Shown: positions 52,710 through 62,754, counted from the first letter of the stretch. The stretch: DNA of 64,000 nt from an uncultured Sedimenticola sp. (GCA_964394235.1 CAYMWJ010000003.1:10896-74895), one strand, 5' to 3'. Numbers and translations are program-made. The notes: generated by a model from the letters alone, not told the origin.

Positions 52710-54011
52710 ATGAACAGATTCCCTTTCTACCGAATTTCGCTATTGCACCGTGTCGCTTGGGTGCTCGGTGCCCTCTTGTTGGCCGGTTCCCTGCATGCCA
52801 GTACGGGCAACCCGCAGTCGCTGGTGACGATAGGCCACTTGCAGGTCACCGCCGGCGATCTGGAACGGGCCGTGGCCAGCTCGCCCTTTGCGACCCAGTT
52901 CGCGGCCATGGACGAAGACGACCAGGCCTCGTTGCGTGGCGACCTGCTCAAGCGTCTGGTCCTCTCGCGCCTGTTGCGTATCGAGGCCGAGGCCCAGGGG
53001 CTGGATCGCTCCCCCGAGTTTCTCAAGGAGCTCGAGAATTTCCGCCTCGGCATGCTCTACCGTCACTACATGGACAAGCTGCGCGAGCGTCTGCAGGTGC
53101 CGGATGAGGAGCTGCGGCGCCTGCGCAAGGAGAGCGAAGGCAATTCCGACGTGTTTGCCGCGCTCAAGTCGGCCTATGTCTCCGGGCGTTATCGCCAGGT
53201 GCGGCTGCTCACCCTGCAGAAACTGCGTGACGAACGTCATGTCGTCCTGCACGAAGACCGCATCAAGCCGGGGGTCACGCCGGACACGGTGCTGATGGAA
53301 GGCGACGACCTGGTCATCACCTATGGTGACGTGATCGATGTCCATGAATACCCCGAGTTGCCCAATCCGGAATACGTCAAGGAGCAGTTGTACAAGCGGG
53401 GTGAGCTGCTGCTGATCGCCGATGCTGCGCAGAAGGAGGGCGTCGATGTGAGTGATCGTGTGGAGGCCTTCCGCAACGAGCGCCTGCCAGCATTGTTGAT
53501 CGAACGCAAGGAAAAGGAATGGGTGCCGGACGAGGCGGCCATGCGCGCCTATTTCAAGGCCCATCCCGAGCTGGGGCACGTGGTGGAGCGGCGTCACATC
53601 GGCCAGCTGGTGACCTCGTCCTATGCCCAGGCCAAGGCCCTGCGTCGCCGCATCGAACAGGGCGAGAGCCTGTTCAAGCTGGCTGGCGAGTACAGCATCG
53701 ATCCCTACGGCCGTTCGCACAATGGCGACATGGGCTGGGTACGGCAAGGCACTGGCATGCCGCAGATCGAGGCGGCGTTGGCCCGGCTGAGTGATGGTGA
53801 GGTGAGCCCCATCATCAAGACGCCCAAGGGCTACCACCTGGTGACCATCGTTGAGCGCCGGCTGGGCCGCATGCGTCCCTTCGAGGGGGTCAAGGACAAG
53901 GTCCGTCAGGCCATGATCTCCGAGAAGATGAAGGACTTCATCCACGCATTGGAGCAGAAACACCAGATCGTCTGGCATGTGCTGAAGCAACCCGAGGGGG
54001 GGGAATCCTGA
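52710..54011 (+). CDS. Periplasmic parvulin (PpiC-type) peptidyl-prolyl isomerase/chaperone
   Basis: Signal peptide; helical SurA/PrsA-like N-domain; rotamase FKLAGEYSID...NGDMGWV...SPIIKTPKGYHLV. Confidence 0.85.
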   Translation: MNRFPFYRISLLHRVAWVLGALLLAGSLHASTGNPQSLVTIGHLQVTAGDLERAVASSPFATQFAAMDEDDQASLRGDLLKRLVLSRLLRIEAEAQGLDRSPEFLKELENFRLGMLYRHYMDKLRERLQVPDEELRRLRKESEGNSDVFAALKSAYVSGRYRQVRLLTLQKLRDERHVVLHEDRIKPGVTPDTVLMEGDDLVITYGDVIDVHEYPELPNPEYVKEQLYKRGELLLIADAAQKEGVDVSDRVEAFRNERLPALLIERKEKEWVPDEAAMRAYFKAHPELGHVVERRHIGQLVTSSYAQAKALRRRIEQGESLFKLAGEYSIDPYGRSHNGDMGWVRQGTGMPQIEAALARLSDGEVSPIIKTPKGYHLVTIVERRLGRMRPFEGVKDKVRQAMISEKMKDFIHALEQKHQIVWHVLKQPEGGES

Positions 54012-54667
54012 TGAGCGATACCGTATCTGCCAACAGTCGCTTGCAGATTGGCGTGGCGATGCTGGTCGCCGCCGGCGCGGTCGCCTGGCTCGCCTCGCAT
54101 TTCAGCGAGGCCTCGGTGGAACGCCAGGCCAGTACCCAACAGGCTGAGGCGGCGGTGCAGGAGGCTGCGGCCGATCCGCGCACCACCACCATCACACTGC
54201 CGCAGCGCACCAACAATGCCTGGGAGATGCCGGTCTTCGAGCTCGAGGGACTCGACGGCAAGCGGCATCGGCTGGCCGACTGGAAGGGCAAGGTCATCAT
54301 GCTCAACTTCTGGGCGAGCTGGTGTGCGCCCTGCCAGTACGAGATCCCCGACTTTGTCGAGTACCAGCGCCGCTACGGGGACAAGGGTCTGCAGGTGATC
54401 GGCCTTGGCCTGGACGAAGAGCGCAAGCTGCGCAATGTGGCCCGCACCCTGGAGATCAACTATCCGGTGCTGGTTGCCGACCTGGCCAACCCCGACAATG
54501 CGGCCTTGTTGCCGCAATGGGGCAACAGCGAGCAGATCGTCCCCTACACCGTGGTCATCTCGCAGACCGGGCGCATGGTCTACATCCACCGCGGCCGCAT
54601 GGGCGACGAGGAGTTCGACCTCTACGTCAAGCCGCTGCTGGAAGGAGGTTCGACAAACGCCTCGTGA
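54011..54667 (+). CDS. TlpA/ResA-like thiol-disulfide oxidoreductase
   Basis: N-terminal anchor; KGKVIMLNFWASWCAPC; overlaps the PPIase stop codon. Confidence 0.92.
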   Translation: MSDTVSANSRLQIGVAMLVAAGAVAWLASHFSEASVERQASTQQAEAAVQEAAADPRTTTITLPQRTNNAWEMPVFELEGLDGKRHRLADWKGKVIMLNFWASWCAPCQYEIPDFVEYQRRYGDKGLQVIGLGLDEERKLRNVARTLEINYPVLVADLANPDNAALLPQWGNSEQIVPYTVVISQTGRMVYIHRGRMGDEEFDLYVKPLLEGGSTNAS

Positions 54668-54690
54668 GGTATCCTGGTTCTTTCTGAAAC

Positions 54691-54723
54691 GAAAAAGGCC
54701 CCGGTATTCCGGGGCCTTTTCTT
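54691..54723. terminator. Bidirectional terminator
   Basis: gAAAAAGGCCCCGG-tatt-CCGGGGCCTTTTctt between convergent tlpA and ccmI. Confidence 0.85.
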
Positions 54724-54745
54724 GTGTGCTCTAAAATCGCGCGGA

Positions 54746-56044
54746 CTACTGCCGCACGCTGTTGATCAGCAACTGGATCGGCTGGTCGCTGTCGTTGGGG
54801 GTTTCCACCTCCGGAGCCTGGAGGTCGCCGGCCTGTGGGATGGGGCGTCCGGACTTGGAGACCCGCGCACCGACCTTCACCCGGGGAAAGCTCGAGAGCC
54901 GCATCTGCGGCATCATCGCCATGCTGTCGTTGAGCTCCACCTTGACCGGCAGTTCCGAGACGCGCTTGCGGACCACCGCCAGTGGCATGGGCGGTCCGGA
55001 GACGGCCTTGGCGTAGATGAACACGATGTCGTCAGGCGAGGTCTTGTCCATCAGTTCGGCATCCAGCGCCACCTCCACCTTGAGGCTGGGGCCGCCGGCT
55101 GTGGGTGCCGGCGAAGTACCGTTGTCGTTTGTACCGGCCGTCATGATCGGCGGCGGTGTCTTGGGCAGATCAGCCTTCAGGCCGCTGCGTTGTTCCACCG
55201 CGCGGATCAGGCTGCCCAGCTCTTGCTGCAGCGCGGGTTCCTGGGCGAGCAGGGGCCAGGCGCGTGCCCAGTATTTCAGTGCCTCGGCGTCCTGGTGGCG
55301 CTGGCCGGCGGCATTTCCGCGCAGCCAGAGGGCGGTCGGGTTTTCCGGTTCGAGCTCCAGTACCTTGTCGAGCAGGGTCACGGCCCGCTCGGGTACTTGT
55401 CCACCATTCTGCATCGACAGGGCGTCGGCCAGGGAGATCAGTACCGTGGGATTGTTCGGCAACAAGTCGTTGAGCTTGTCGAAGGCACGGACCGCATCGT
55501 CATAGCGATTGAGTTTCATATAGGTGCGGCCAAGCAGGAACCAGCCCTTGGGGTTGTTCGGTTCCTGCTGCATGCGTTTTTCCAGTTCGCCCACCAACTC
55601 GGCAATACTGCCCGGCTTGTGCGCAGCATTTTTCATGGTCATGTTGGCGGCCATCTGCTGCGGCGGGGTGTCGATCAGGTCGGGCGAGCCGGTCTGGAGG
55701 TAGATGCCGGCAACGATGGTCGGCACCAGCACGATCACCGCGACTACGGTGGCGATCGCCGCGCGGTCGCTGGTGACCTTGACAGTGCGTTTCTCTACGG
55801 CCTCGAGGTCCTGGGCCAGCGCGATCTCGAGATCGACCTTGGCCTGTTCAAACTCCTCGTCGGACAGTTCGCCGCGGGCGTGTTCCTTGCGCAGTTCCTC
55901 GAGATGTTCGCGGGCAATGCGGATATCGTATTCCCGGGTGTCGTCGCTGGGCGGCGGCTGCCGGTTCCGGCGCAGCAGGGGCACGATGAGCAACAGCAGC
56001 ACCACGGCCAGCAATGCGCCGGCGATCAGAAGAAAAGCAGTCAT
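54746..56044 (-). CDS. ccmI: Cytochrome c maturation protein CcmI/CycH
   Basis: TM, TPR region (PKGWFLLGRTY), C-terminal IYAKA..GPPMPLAV...ARVSKSG. Confidence 0.92.
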   Translation of the reverse strand: MTAFLLIAGALLAVVLLLLIVPLLRRNRQPPPSDDTREYDIRIAREHLEELRKEHARGELSDEEFEQAKVDLEIALAQDLEAVEKRTVKVTSDRAAIATVVAVIVLVPTIVAGIYLQTGSPDLIDTPPQQMAANMTMKNAAHKPGSIAELVGELEKRMQQEPNNPKGWFLLGRTYMKLNRYDDAVRAFDKLNDLLPNNPTVLISLADALSMQNGGQVPERAVTLLDKVLELEPENPTALWLRGNAAGQRHQDAEALKYWARAWPLLAQEPALQQELGSLIRAVEQRSGLKADLPKTPPPIMTAGTNDNGTSPAPTAGGPSLKVEVALDAELMDKTSPDDIVFIYAKAVSGPPMPLAVVRKRVSELPVKVELNDSMAMMPQMRLSSFPRVKVGARVSKSGRPIPQAGDLQAPEVETPNDSDQPIQLLINSVRQ

Positions 56045-56520
56045 CAATCGGTACTCTTGTCGGATGGCTGGTCGAGCAGGTCGGCCGCGTGGGCGATCTG
56101 TTCGGTGCTGAGTTCTCGGCGCTCTTCCCGCTGCCGGGCGCGTCGGATGGCGCGCAGCATGAAGGTCACCGCGAGCACGAAGACCACGAAGGGGCCGACC
56201 CACAGCACCAGGGTCTTGGCCTCGAAAGGCGGCTTGTAACGTACGAAATCGCCATAGCGTTCGACCATGAAGTCGATGATCTCCTGCTTGCTCTTGCCGT
56301 CCTTGAGCATGCGGAAGACCTTGTGGCGCATGTCCTGCGCCAGCTCGGCGTTGGAGTCGGCGATGTCCTGGTTCTGGCACACCAGGCAGCGCAGCTCGGT
56401 GGTCAGCTCCTTGTAGGTGCGCTCCTGTGCCGGGCTGTCGAAGTCGTAGACCTCGATGTTGGTGGCCAGGGCCCCCAGGCTCAGGGTGCAGAGCAGCAGA
56501 ATGAGCGGCAGTGATTTCAT
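56044..56520 (-). CDS. ccmH: Cytochrome c maturation protein CcmH
   Basis: LRCLVCQNQDIADSNA; RYGDFVRYKPP. Confidence 0.95.
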   Translation of the reverse strand: MKSLPLILLLCTLSLGALATNIEVYDFDSPAQERTYKELTTELRCLVCQNQDIADSNAELAQDMRHKVFRMLKDGKSKQEIIDFMVERYGDFVRYKPPFEAKTLVLWVGPFVVFVLAVTFMLRAIRRARQREERRELSTEQIAHAADLLDQPSDKSTD

Positions 56521-57053
56521 CGCTTGTCCTCGAACCAGCGCGCGAACTTCTCGCGCCAGGCGGCCTCGTTCAGCGCCCCCTTGTGCTTGGCGCGAATGAT
56601 GCCGTCGGCGTCGATCAGGAAGGTCTCGGGCGCGCCATATACGCCCCAGTCGATGGCGGCGGTGCTGTCGGGGTCGAAGGCGACGGCCACGAAGGGGTTG
56701 CCGTTCTCGCGCAGCATGGCCTGGCCATCGGCGAGCTCGTCACGCCAGTCCACGCCGACGATGGGAATGCCGCGCGCCTTCAATTGCAGCAGGTAGGGGT
56801 GCTCGCGCCAGCACTCGGGACACCAGGTGCCCCAGAAGTTGAGCAGCCAGGGCTTGCCCTTGTACGCCGAGGGGCGCACCTGCTGCTGCGGGTCGAACAG
56901 CTCGGGCAGGGCGAACTCGGGTGCGGCACGGCCGATGAATTCGGTGGGGATGTCGCGCGGATTGTATTCGCCTTCGCCCATCTGCTGCAGGACGTAGAAG
57001 AACAGCCCGGCCAGTACCACGAAGATGCCGAGGGGAATGATCGCCTTGTTCAT
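56517..57053 (-). CDS. ccmG: Thiol:disulfide interchange protein DsbE/CcmG
   Basis: LLNFWGTWCPEC; GVYGAPETFLID. Confidence 0.93.
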   Translation of the reverse strand: MNKAIIPLGIFVVLAGLFFYVLQQMGEGEYNPRDIPTEFIGRAAPEFALPELFDPQQQVRPSAYKGKPWLLNFWGTWCPECWREHPYLLQLKARGIPIVGVDWRDELADGQAMLRENGNPFVAVAFDPDSTAAIDWGVYGAPETFLIDADGIIRAKHKGALNEAAWREKFARWFEDKR

Positions 57054-59011
57054 GCGCGGGCCTCCGCGGCGTTGCCGGCGGTGCTGCGACGCTGCGCCAG
57101 CACCCGGTAACGACGGTCTGCGGCGGCCAGCAGGCCGCCCAGGGCCATGATCAGTGCGCCCAGCCAGAGCCAGCGCACGAAGGGCTTGTGATAGATGCGC
57201 AGACTCCAGGCCTGTTTGCCCAGGTCTTCGCCCAGGGCGACGTAGAGGTCGCGGAACAGGCCGGCGTCGATGGCCGCCTCGGTCATCGGCATCTTCTGTA
57301 CCAGGTAGGTGCGCTTCTGCGGGTGCAGCTCGGCGATGGTCTCGCCTTGCTGGCGCACGCTGATCGAACCTTCATAGGCGGTGTAGTTGGGCCCTTCGAC
57401 GCTGGTCACGCCATTGAACTCGAAGGTGTAGTCGCCGATCTGATAGGTCTCACCGGGCGCCAGGCGAATGTCCTTTTCGGTGGAGTAGGTGGTGGTCATG
57501 GCGATGCCGATGACGAACACCCCGATGCCCAGGTGACCGAGGATCATGCCCCAGAAACCCAGCGGCACGTGACGCAGCTTGGCGTGTGGGCTCAGGCGTT
57601 CGCGCAGCGCGGCCAGGGTGGCGGCGAGCACCCAGATCCCCAGGGTCAGACCGAGCACGGCCATGGGGCTGACGAAGGGCACGGCAAGCAGGCCCCAGGC
57701 CAGGCCGAGCACCAGCGCGGCGATGGCGGGGATGCGCAGCTTCTGCCACAGGCGGGCCGGTTCGTCACGCTTCCAGCGCGCCATGCTGCCGATGCCGATC
57801 AGCACGACCAGCGGCAGGGCGAGGATCATGAAGACGGTGTCGAAATAGGGGCGTCCCACCGAGATCTTGCCCAGTTGCAGGGCATCCGAGATCAGGGGGT
57901 ACAAGGTGCCCAGCAGCACGGCCACGGCCGAGACCAGCAGGATCACGTTATTGAGCAGCAGGAAGGTCTCGCGCGAGAGCATTTCGAAGCGCACGCTGCT
58001 CTTGATCTCGTTGGCGCGCATGGCATACAGCGCCAGCGAGGAGCCGACCACGGTGAACAGGAAGGCGAGGATGAAGATGCCGCGTTCCGGGTCGGAGGCG
58101 AAGGCATGCACCGAAGTGAGCACGCCGGAGCGCACCAGGAAGGTACCCAGCAGGCTGAGCGAGAAGGAGAAGATCGCCAGCAGCACGGTCCAGGCCTTGA
58201 AGGCACCGCGTTTTTCGGTGACCGCCAGCGAGTGCATCAGGGCGGTACCGACCAGCCAGGGCATGAAGGAGGCGTTCTCCACCGGGTCCCAGAACCACCA
58301 GCCGCCCCAGCCCAGTTCATAGTAGGCCCACCAGCTGCCCAGGGTGATGCCCAGGGTGAGGAACAGCCAGGCCACGTTGGTCCAGGGGCGCGACCAGCGC
58401 GCCCAGGCGGCATCCAGCCGGCCGCCGAGCATGGCCGCCACGGCGAAGGCGAAGGGAATGGCGAAGCCGACATAGCCCATGTAGAGCATGGGCGGGTGGA
58501 ACACCAGTCCCGGGTCCTGCAGCAGTGGGTTGAGGTCACGGCCTTCCGGGGCGGGGGGCATCAGGCGATCGAAGGGGTTGGAGGTAAGGATCATGAACAG
58601 CAGGAAGCCCACGCTTACCAGGCCGAGCACGCCGAGCACGCGGGCGATCACCACCTCGGGCACGCTGCGGCTGAAGAAGGTGACCGCAGTGGTCCAGATG
58701 CCCAGGATCAGCGCCCACAGCAGCAGCGAGCCTTCGTGCGCGCCCCAGACCGCGGAGATCAGATAGGGCGTGGGCAGCCGGGTGTTGGAGTTCTGTGCCA
58801 CGTACAGCACCGAGAAATCGTGTTGCAGGAAGCTCCAGGTGAGCAGGCCGAAGGCGATGGCCAGTACCAGTGCCTGGATGCGGGCCGCCGGGCGTGCCAG
58901 GGCGATCCAGCTGCTGATGCCGCGTTGCGCGCCGACCAGCGGAAACACGCCCTGTACCACGGAGAGGGCCAGGGCCAGGGCCAGCATCAGTTGTCCGAGT
59001 TCGGGGATCAT
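57050..59011 (-). CDS. ccmF: Heme lyase CcmF
   Basis: WGAHEGSLLLW, HPPMLYMGY, WAYYELGWGGWWFWDPVENAS, SVHAFA. Confidence 0.97.
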   Translation of the reverse strand: MIPELGQLMLALALALSVVQGVFPLVGAQRGISSWIALARPAARIQALVLAIAFGLLTWSFLQHDFSVLYVAQNSNTRLPTPYLISAVWGAHEGSLLLWALILGIWTTAVTFFSRSVPEVVIARVLGVLGLVSVGFLLFMILTSNPFDRLMPPAPEGRDLNPLLQDPGLVFHPPMLYMGYVGFAIPFAFAVAAMLGGRLDAAWARWSRPWTNVAWLFLTLGITLGSWWAYYELGWGGWWFWDPVENASFMPWLVGTALMHSLAVTEKRGAFKAWTVLLAIFSFSLSLLGTFLVRSGVLTSVHAFASDPERGIFILAFLFTVVGSSLALYAMRANEIKSSVRFEMLSRETFLLLNNVILLVSAVAVLLGTLYPLISDALQLGKISVGRPYFDTVFMILALPLVVLIGIGSMARWKRDEPARLWQKLRIPAIAALVLGLAWGLLAVPFVSPMAVLGLTLGIWVLAATLAALRERLSPHAKLRHVPLGFWGMILGHLGIGVFVIGIAMTTTYSTEKDIRLAPGETYQIGDYTFEFNGVTSVEGPNYTAYEGSISVRQQGETIAELHPQKRTYLVQKMPMTEAAIDAGLFRDLYVALGEDLGKQAWSLRIYHKPFVRWLWLGALIMALGGLLAAADRRYRVLAQRRSTAGNAAEARA

Positions 59012-59013
59012 GT

Positions 59014-59469
59014 TCAGTTTCCTGTGACGGTGGTTTGCATGCGTGCCTTCTCGCCGGCCTTCATGGCGGCGGCGACCTCGGGCGGCATGTAGTTCTCGTC
59101 GTGCTTGGCCAGCACCTCGTCGGCCACGAACACGCCGTCGGCATTCAGCTTGCCCTGGGCGATCACGCCCTGGCCCTCGGCGAACAGGTCGGGCAGGATG
59201 CCCTGGTAGGCGACGGGAATCTTCTTGTGGAAGTCGGTGACCACGAAGTGCACGGTGAGGTCTCCTTCGGCGCGCTGCACGCTGCCTTTCTCCACCATGC
59301 CGCCGAGGCGGAAGACGTGGTCGGCGGGAGCCTTGCCCTCGGCCACTTCGGTGGGCGAGAAGAAATACGAGAGGTTGCCTTCGAGGGCGTTCAGGACCAG
59401 GGAGGTGGCCAGGCCGAGGATCGCCAGACCGGCGGCCACCAGGATCAGGCGCTTGTGACGGGCTTTCAT
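59014..59469 (-). CDS. ccmE: Heme chaperone CcmE
   Basis: [15 protein letters not shown]; [13 protein letters not shown]. Confidence 0.96.
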   Translation of the reverse strand: MKARHKRLILVAAGLAILGLATSLVLNALEGNLSYFFSPTEVAEGKAPADHVFRLGGMVEKGSVQRAEGDLTVHFVVTDFHKKIPVAYQGILPDLFAEGQGVIAQGKLNADGVFVADEVLAKHDENYMPPEVAAAMKAGEKARMQTTVTGN

Positions 59470-59639
59470 CGTTTGTCGGTCTCCAGGCGATTGAGGCGTG
59501 CGATCTGGCGCTGGATGCGCGCGGTGCGCGAGCGCAACAGCAGGGGCTCGAGGATCATGCAGGCGGCGGTCATGCCGAAGGATCCCCACACGTAGAGGGC
59601 ATACTTGCCCATGTCCAGTTTTTCGAGAATGCTGCTCAT
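59466..59639 (-). CDS. ccmD: Heme exporter protein CcmD
   Basis: [13 protein letters not shown] + TM + basic tail. Confidence 0.9.
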   Translation of the reverse strand: MSSILEKLDMGKYALYVWGSFGMTAACMILEPLLLRSRTARIQRQIARLNRLETDKR

Positions 59640-60385
59640 GCCCGCTCTCCGATCAGTTCCCGCACCCAGGTGGCCCCGACCTCGCGCTCGAGGATGATGG
59701 CGCGCACCCGCACCATGGCGGCGGCGATGCTGTAGGCCCAGAAGCCCAGGGCCATGATGAGCATGGTCAGCAACATGGTCTCGTCCATGCTCGTCTGACC
59801 GTTCATCTTGATGGTGGCCCCCTGGTGCAGGGTGTTCCACCACTTCACCGAGAAATAGATGATGGGGACGTTGACCACCCCGACCAGCAACAGGATGGCA
59901 CCGGCACGGTCGGCGCGGCGGCGGTCGTCGATGGCGCCGACCAGCGCCATGTAGCCGAGGTAGAGGAACAGCAGGATCAGTTCGGAGGTGATGCGTGCAT
60001 CCCACACCCACCAGGTGCCCCACATGGGCTTGCCCCAGAAGGAGCCGGTCCACAGCGAGACGAAGGCGAACATGGCCCCGGTGGGGGCCAGCGCCTGGGC
60101 CATCATCGCCGAGAGACGGGTGTTGAACACCAGGCCGATGGCCGACCAGCCGGCCATCACGATATAGATGAACATCGACATCCAGGAGGCAGGCACATGG
60201 ATGAAGATGATGCGGTAACCGTCGCCCTGCTTGTAGTCGACCGGCGCGACAAAAAAGCTCATGTACAGGCCGATGCCGATGAGAATGATCGCCAGTACCC
60301 AGAAGATCGGGGCCAGTCGCCCGGCCAGGGGGTAGAAGGTGGCGGGCGAGGAGAACTTGAACCAGTTGATCAGCCTGTTCTGCAT
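59636..60385 (-). CDS. ccmC: Heme exporter protein CcmC
   Basis: [27 protein letters not shown]. Confidence 0.96.
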   Translation of the reverse strand: MQNRLINWFKFSSPATFYPLAGRLAPIFWVLAIILIGIGLYMSFFVAPVDYKQGDGYRIIFIHVPASWMSMFIYIVMAGWSAIGLVFNTRLSAMMAQALAPTGAMFAFVSLWTGSFWGKPMWGTWWVWDARITSELILLFLYLGYMALVGAIDDRRRADRAGAILLLVGVVNVPIIYFSVKWWNTLHQGATIKMNGQTSMDETMLLTMLIMALGFWAYSIAAAMVRVRAIILEREVGATWVRELIGERA

Positions 60386-60423
60386 GTGATTGCGATGTCG
60401 GGGGATGGTTCGGGCGAGCCGAG

Positions 60424-60452
60424 AGGTTAACCGATGATCTAGACTCGCGCAA
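60424..60452 (-). promoter_or_regulatory. Candidate internal sigma70 promoter upstream of ccmC
   Basis: Minus strand TTGCGC-N17-TAACCT in the 128-bp ccmB-ccmC gap. Confidence 0.5.
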
Positions 60453-60513
60453 AAGGCGCAAGTTCACCCTCCCACGGATTTTTGGCGCAGGCCCTGGCGG
60501 CCGGCGAGCGCGG

Positions 60514-61182
60514 TCACTCGTTGGCGACCCGCAGTGCGGCAGCGGTGGCCAGCGGGGTGCCGAGGATGGCCACCAGCAGGATGGCGCCGAGCATCGACAG
60601 GTGTGCGCCGCCCCCCAGGCCCGAGGTGGTCGCCTCCACCGCGCCGGCACCGAAGATCAGCACCGGGATGTAGAGCGGCAGCACCAGTAGTGCCACCAGC
60701 ACACCGCCCGAGCGCAGGCCCAAGGTGAGTGCCGCGCCGATGGCCCCCAGCAGGCTGAGCGTGGGGGTGCCGAGCAGCAGCGACCAGACCATGACGCTCA
60801 GTGCCTCGGCCGAGAGGTCGTACTGCAGGCCCAGCACCGGGGCCATGATCACCAGCGGCAGACCAGTGATCAGCCAGTGCGCGATCACCTTGCCGACCAC
60901 CAGCACCGCCAGCGGTTGTGGGGCCAGCAATATCTGTTCGAGGGTGCCGTCACGGTGGTCGGCCAGGAACAGTTGCTCGAGTGCCAGCATGGAGGCGAGC
61001 AGGGCGCCTACCCAGACTACCCCGGGGGCGATCAGGCGCAGGGTATCGAGTTCCGGGCCGATGCCCAGTGGGAACAGGCTGACCACGATGAGAAAGAAGA
61101 TCAGGCTGGTGAACACATCGGTGCGCCGGCGCAAGGCAATGGTCACGTCGCGGCGTACGATCCAGAGCAGTGCCTCAAGCAT
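60514..61182 (-). CDS. ccmB: Heme exporter protein CcmB
   Basis: LFPLGIGP, D.RDGTLEQ, HWLITGLP, LPLYIPVLIFG. Confidence 0.95.
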   Translation of the reverse strand: MLEALLWIVRRDVTIALRRRTDVFTSLIFFLIVVSLFPLGIGPELDTLRLIAPGVVWVGALLASMLALEQLFLADHRDGTLEQILLAPQPLAVLVVGKVIAHWLITGLPLVIMAPVLGLQYDLSAEALSVMVWSLLLGTPTLSLLGAIGAALTLGLRSGGVLVALLVLPLYIPVLIFGAGAVEATTSGLGGGAHLSMLGAILLVAILGTPLATAAALRVANE

Positions 61183-61831
61183 GGCTGACCTCCGGGACCT
61201 CCTGCCCCAGCGTCACACGGAACACCGTGTCACAGGTCAGCTCGACCTCCTGGTGGGTGGTGAGTATGACCATGCCACCACGTGCCAGGTGGTCGCGGAT
61301 CACCGCCTGCAGGGCGTCCACCGCGGCCAGGTCCAGGGCGCTGAAGGGCTCGTCCAGGATCCACAGCGTGGCCCGGCTGCACCACAGGCGGGCGAGTGCC
61401 ACGCGGCGCTTCTGACCCTGCGAGAGGTGCTTGATCGGCAGGTCCTCGTGGCCGCGCAGGCCGATGTCCTCCAGTAGTTGCCAGGCGGCCTGCTCGTCCA
61501 GGGGGTGGTTGCGCACCGCACCGTCCATGCGTAAGTTCTCGATGGCGTTGAGATCGCCCTTCAGGGCGTTGAGGTGACCGAGGTAGAGCAGTTCGGCGTG
61601 AAAGACATCGCGCTGGCGGCGGATGGGGGTGCCATTCCACAACACCTCGCCCGACTCCGGTTGCAGCAGGCCGGCCAGGGTGCGCAGCAGGGTGGTCTTG
61701 CCGCTACCGTTGGGGCCGCGCAGGTACATCAGCTGGCCGCTCTCCAGGGCAAAATCCAGGCAGCGAAACAGCTGCCGGTCGCCCCGGCAGCAGCAGAGGT
61801 CTCGGGTCTCCAGGCGGTGGGTCGGGTTCAC
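61175..61831 (-). CDS. ccmA: Heme ABC exporter ATP-binding protein CcmA
   Basis: GPNGSGKTT, YLGH, LSQGQKRRVALARL, WILDEPF. Confidence 0.95.
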   Translation of the reverse strand: MNPTHRLETRDLCCCRGDRQLFRCLDFALESGQLMYLRGPNGSGKTTLLRTLAGLLQPESGEVLWNGTPIRRQRDVFHAELLYLGHLNALKGDLNAIENLRMDGAVRNHPLDEQAAWQLLEDIGLRGHEDLPIKHLSQGQKRRVALARLWCSRATLWILDEPFSALDLAAVDALQAVIRDHLARGGMVILTTHQEVELTCDTVFRVTLGQEVPEVSHA

Positions 61832-62013
61832 GTCTCGGCTTCTGGTCGAGGGCTGCTGAGGACCGGCAGTCTACACCATCGGGCCGGGATGCGGGTTTAC
61901 CCCCATGCAATTCGGGAGGACTCATGCAAAGATTGGTGAAAGCCCCGCGTGCGCGGGGTGGGGAATACCGGCGTCGGAGCGGCGCTGCCGACTCCTTGGA
62001 AAAGAGAGGTTGC

Positions 62014-62754
62014 ATGTCCAGGTTCCTGAAGCCGCGTGCCCAGCCGACCCAGTGCGCGGCCTGTCCCATCCGCCAGAATGCCCTGTTCCAGGTGGTGCCG
62101 GTCAGCTATATAAATGATGCCCAGTCGCGGCGTACCGACCAGTATCACCTGCCAGCGCGGCGCCTGCTCTACGAAGAGGGGGCGCCGGCAACCATGGCCT
62201 ACACCCTCTACGAAGGCTGGCTGATGTTGTACCGTTCGCATTCCGACGGGCGCCGCCAGGGGCTGCGCGTGGCTCTGCCCGGTGACTTTCTGGGGTACAT
62301 GCCGCCCGGCGAGGGCTATATCCACCATTCCGCGATGGCGATCACCAACACGGTGGTCTGTGGTTTCGGCCAGGATGGGCTGCATGAGATGCTGGGCAAG
62401 CATCCCGATCTGGCCGCGCACATCACCCGTATCCAGGCGCGCTACATGGCCAGTTGCCAGAGCGCCATGCTGGGCCTGGGGCGCAAGACCGCCGAACAGC
62501 GCATTGCCTTCCTGATCGCCGAGTTGTTCCACCGGCTGCGCAAGCGGCGCCTGCTGGCGGAAGACGCCACCATCATGCCGTTCCCGCTCACCCAGGAGAT
62601 GATCGGTGACATGACCGGCCTGACCCCGGTGCATACCAACCGCGTCATGCGGCGCTTGCGGATGGATGGCATCGTGCGCGCCGAGCGTCAGCGGCTGGAG
62701 ATTCTCGATCTGGATGCCCTGGTGCGCCTGGGCGAATTCGTCGAAACCGAGTAG
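62014..62754 (+). CDS. Crp/Fnr family regulator with a partial FNR cysteine motif
   Basis: CAACPIR, PGDFLG, GRKTAEQRIA, LTQEMIGDMTGLTPVHTNR. Confidence 0.9.
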   Translation: MSRFLKPRAQPTQCAACPIRQNALFQVVPVSYINDAQSRRTDQYHLPARRLLYEEGAPATMAYTLYEGWLMLYRSHSDGRRQGLRVALPGDFLGYMPPGEGYIHHSAMAITNTVVCGFGQDGLHEMLGKHPDLAAHITRIQARYMASCQSAMLGLGRKTAEQRIAFLIAELFHRLRKRRLLAEDATIMPFPLTQEMIGDMTGLTPVHTNRVMRRLRMDGIVRAERQRLEILDLDALVRLGEFVETE

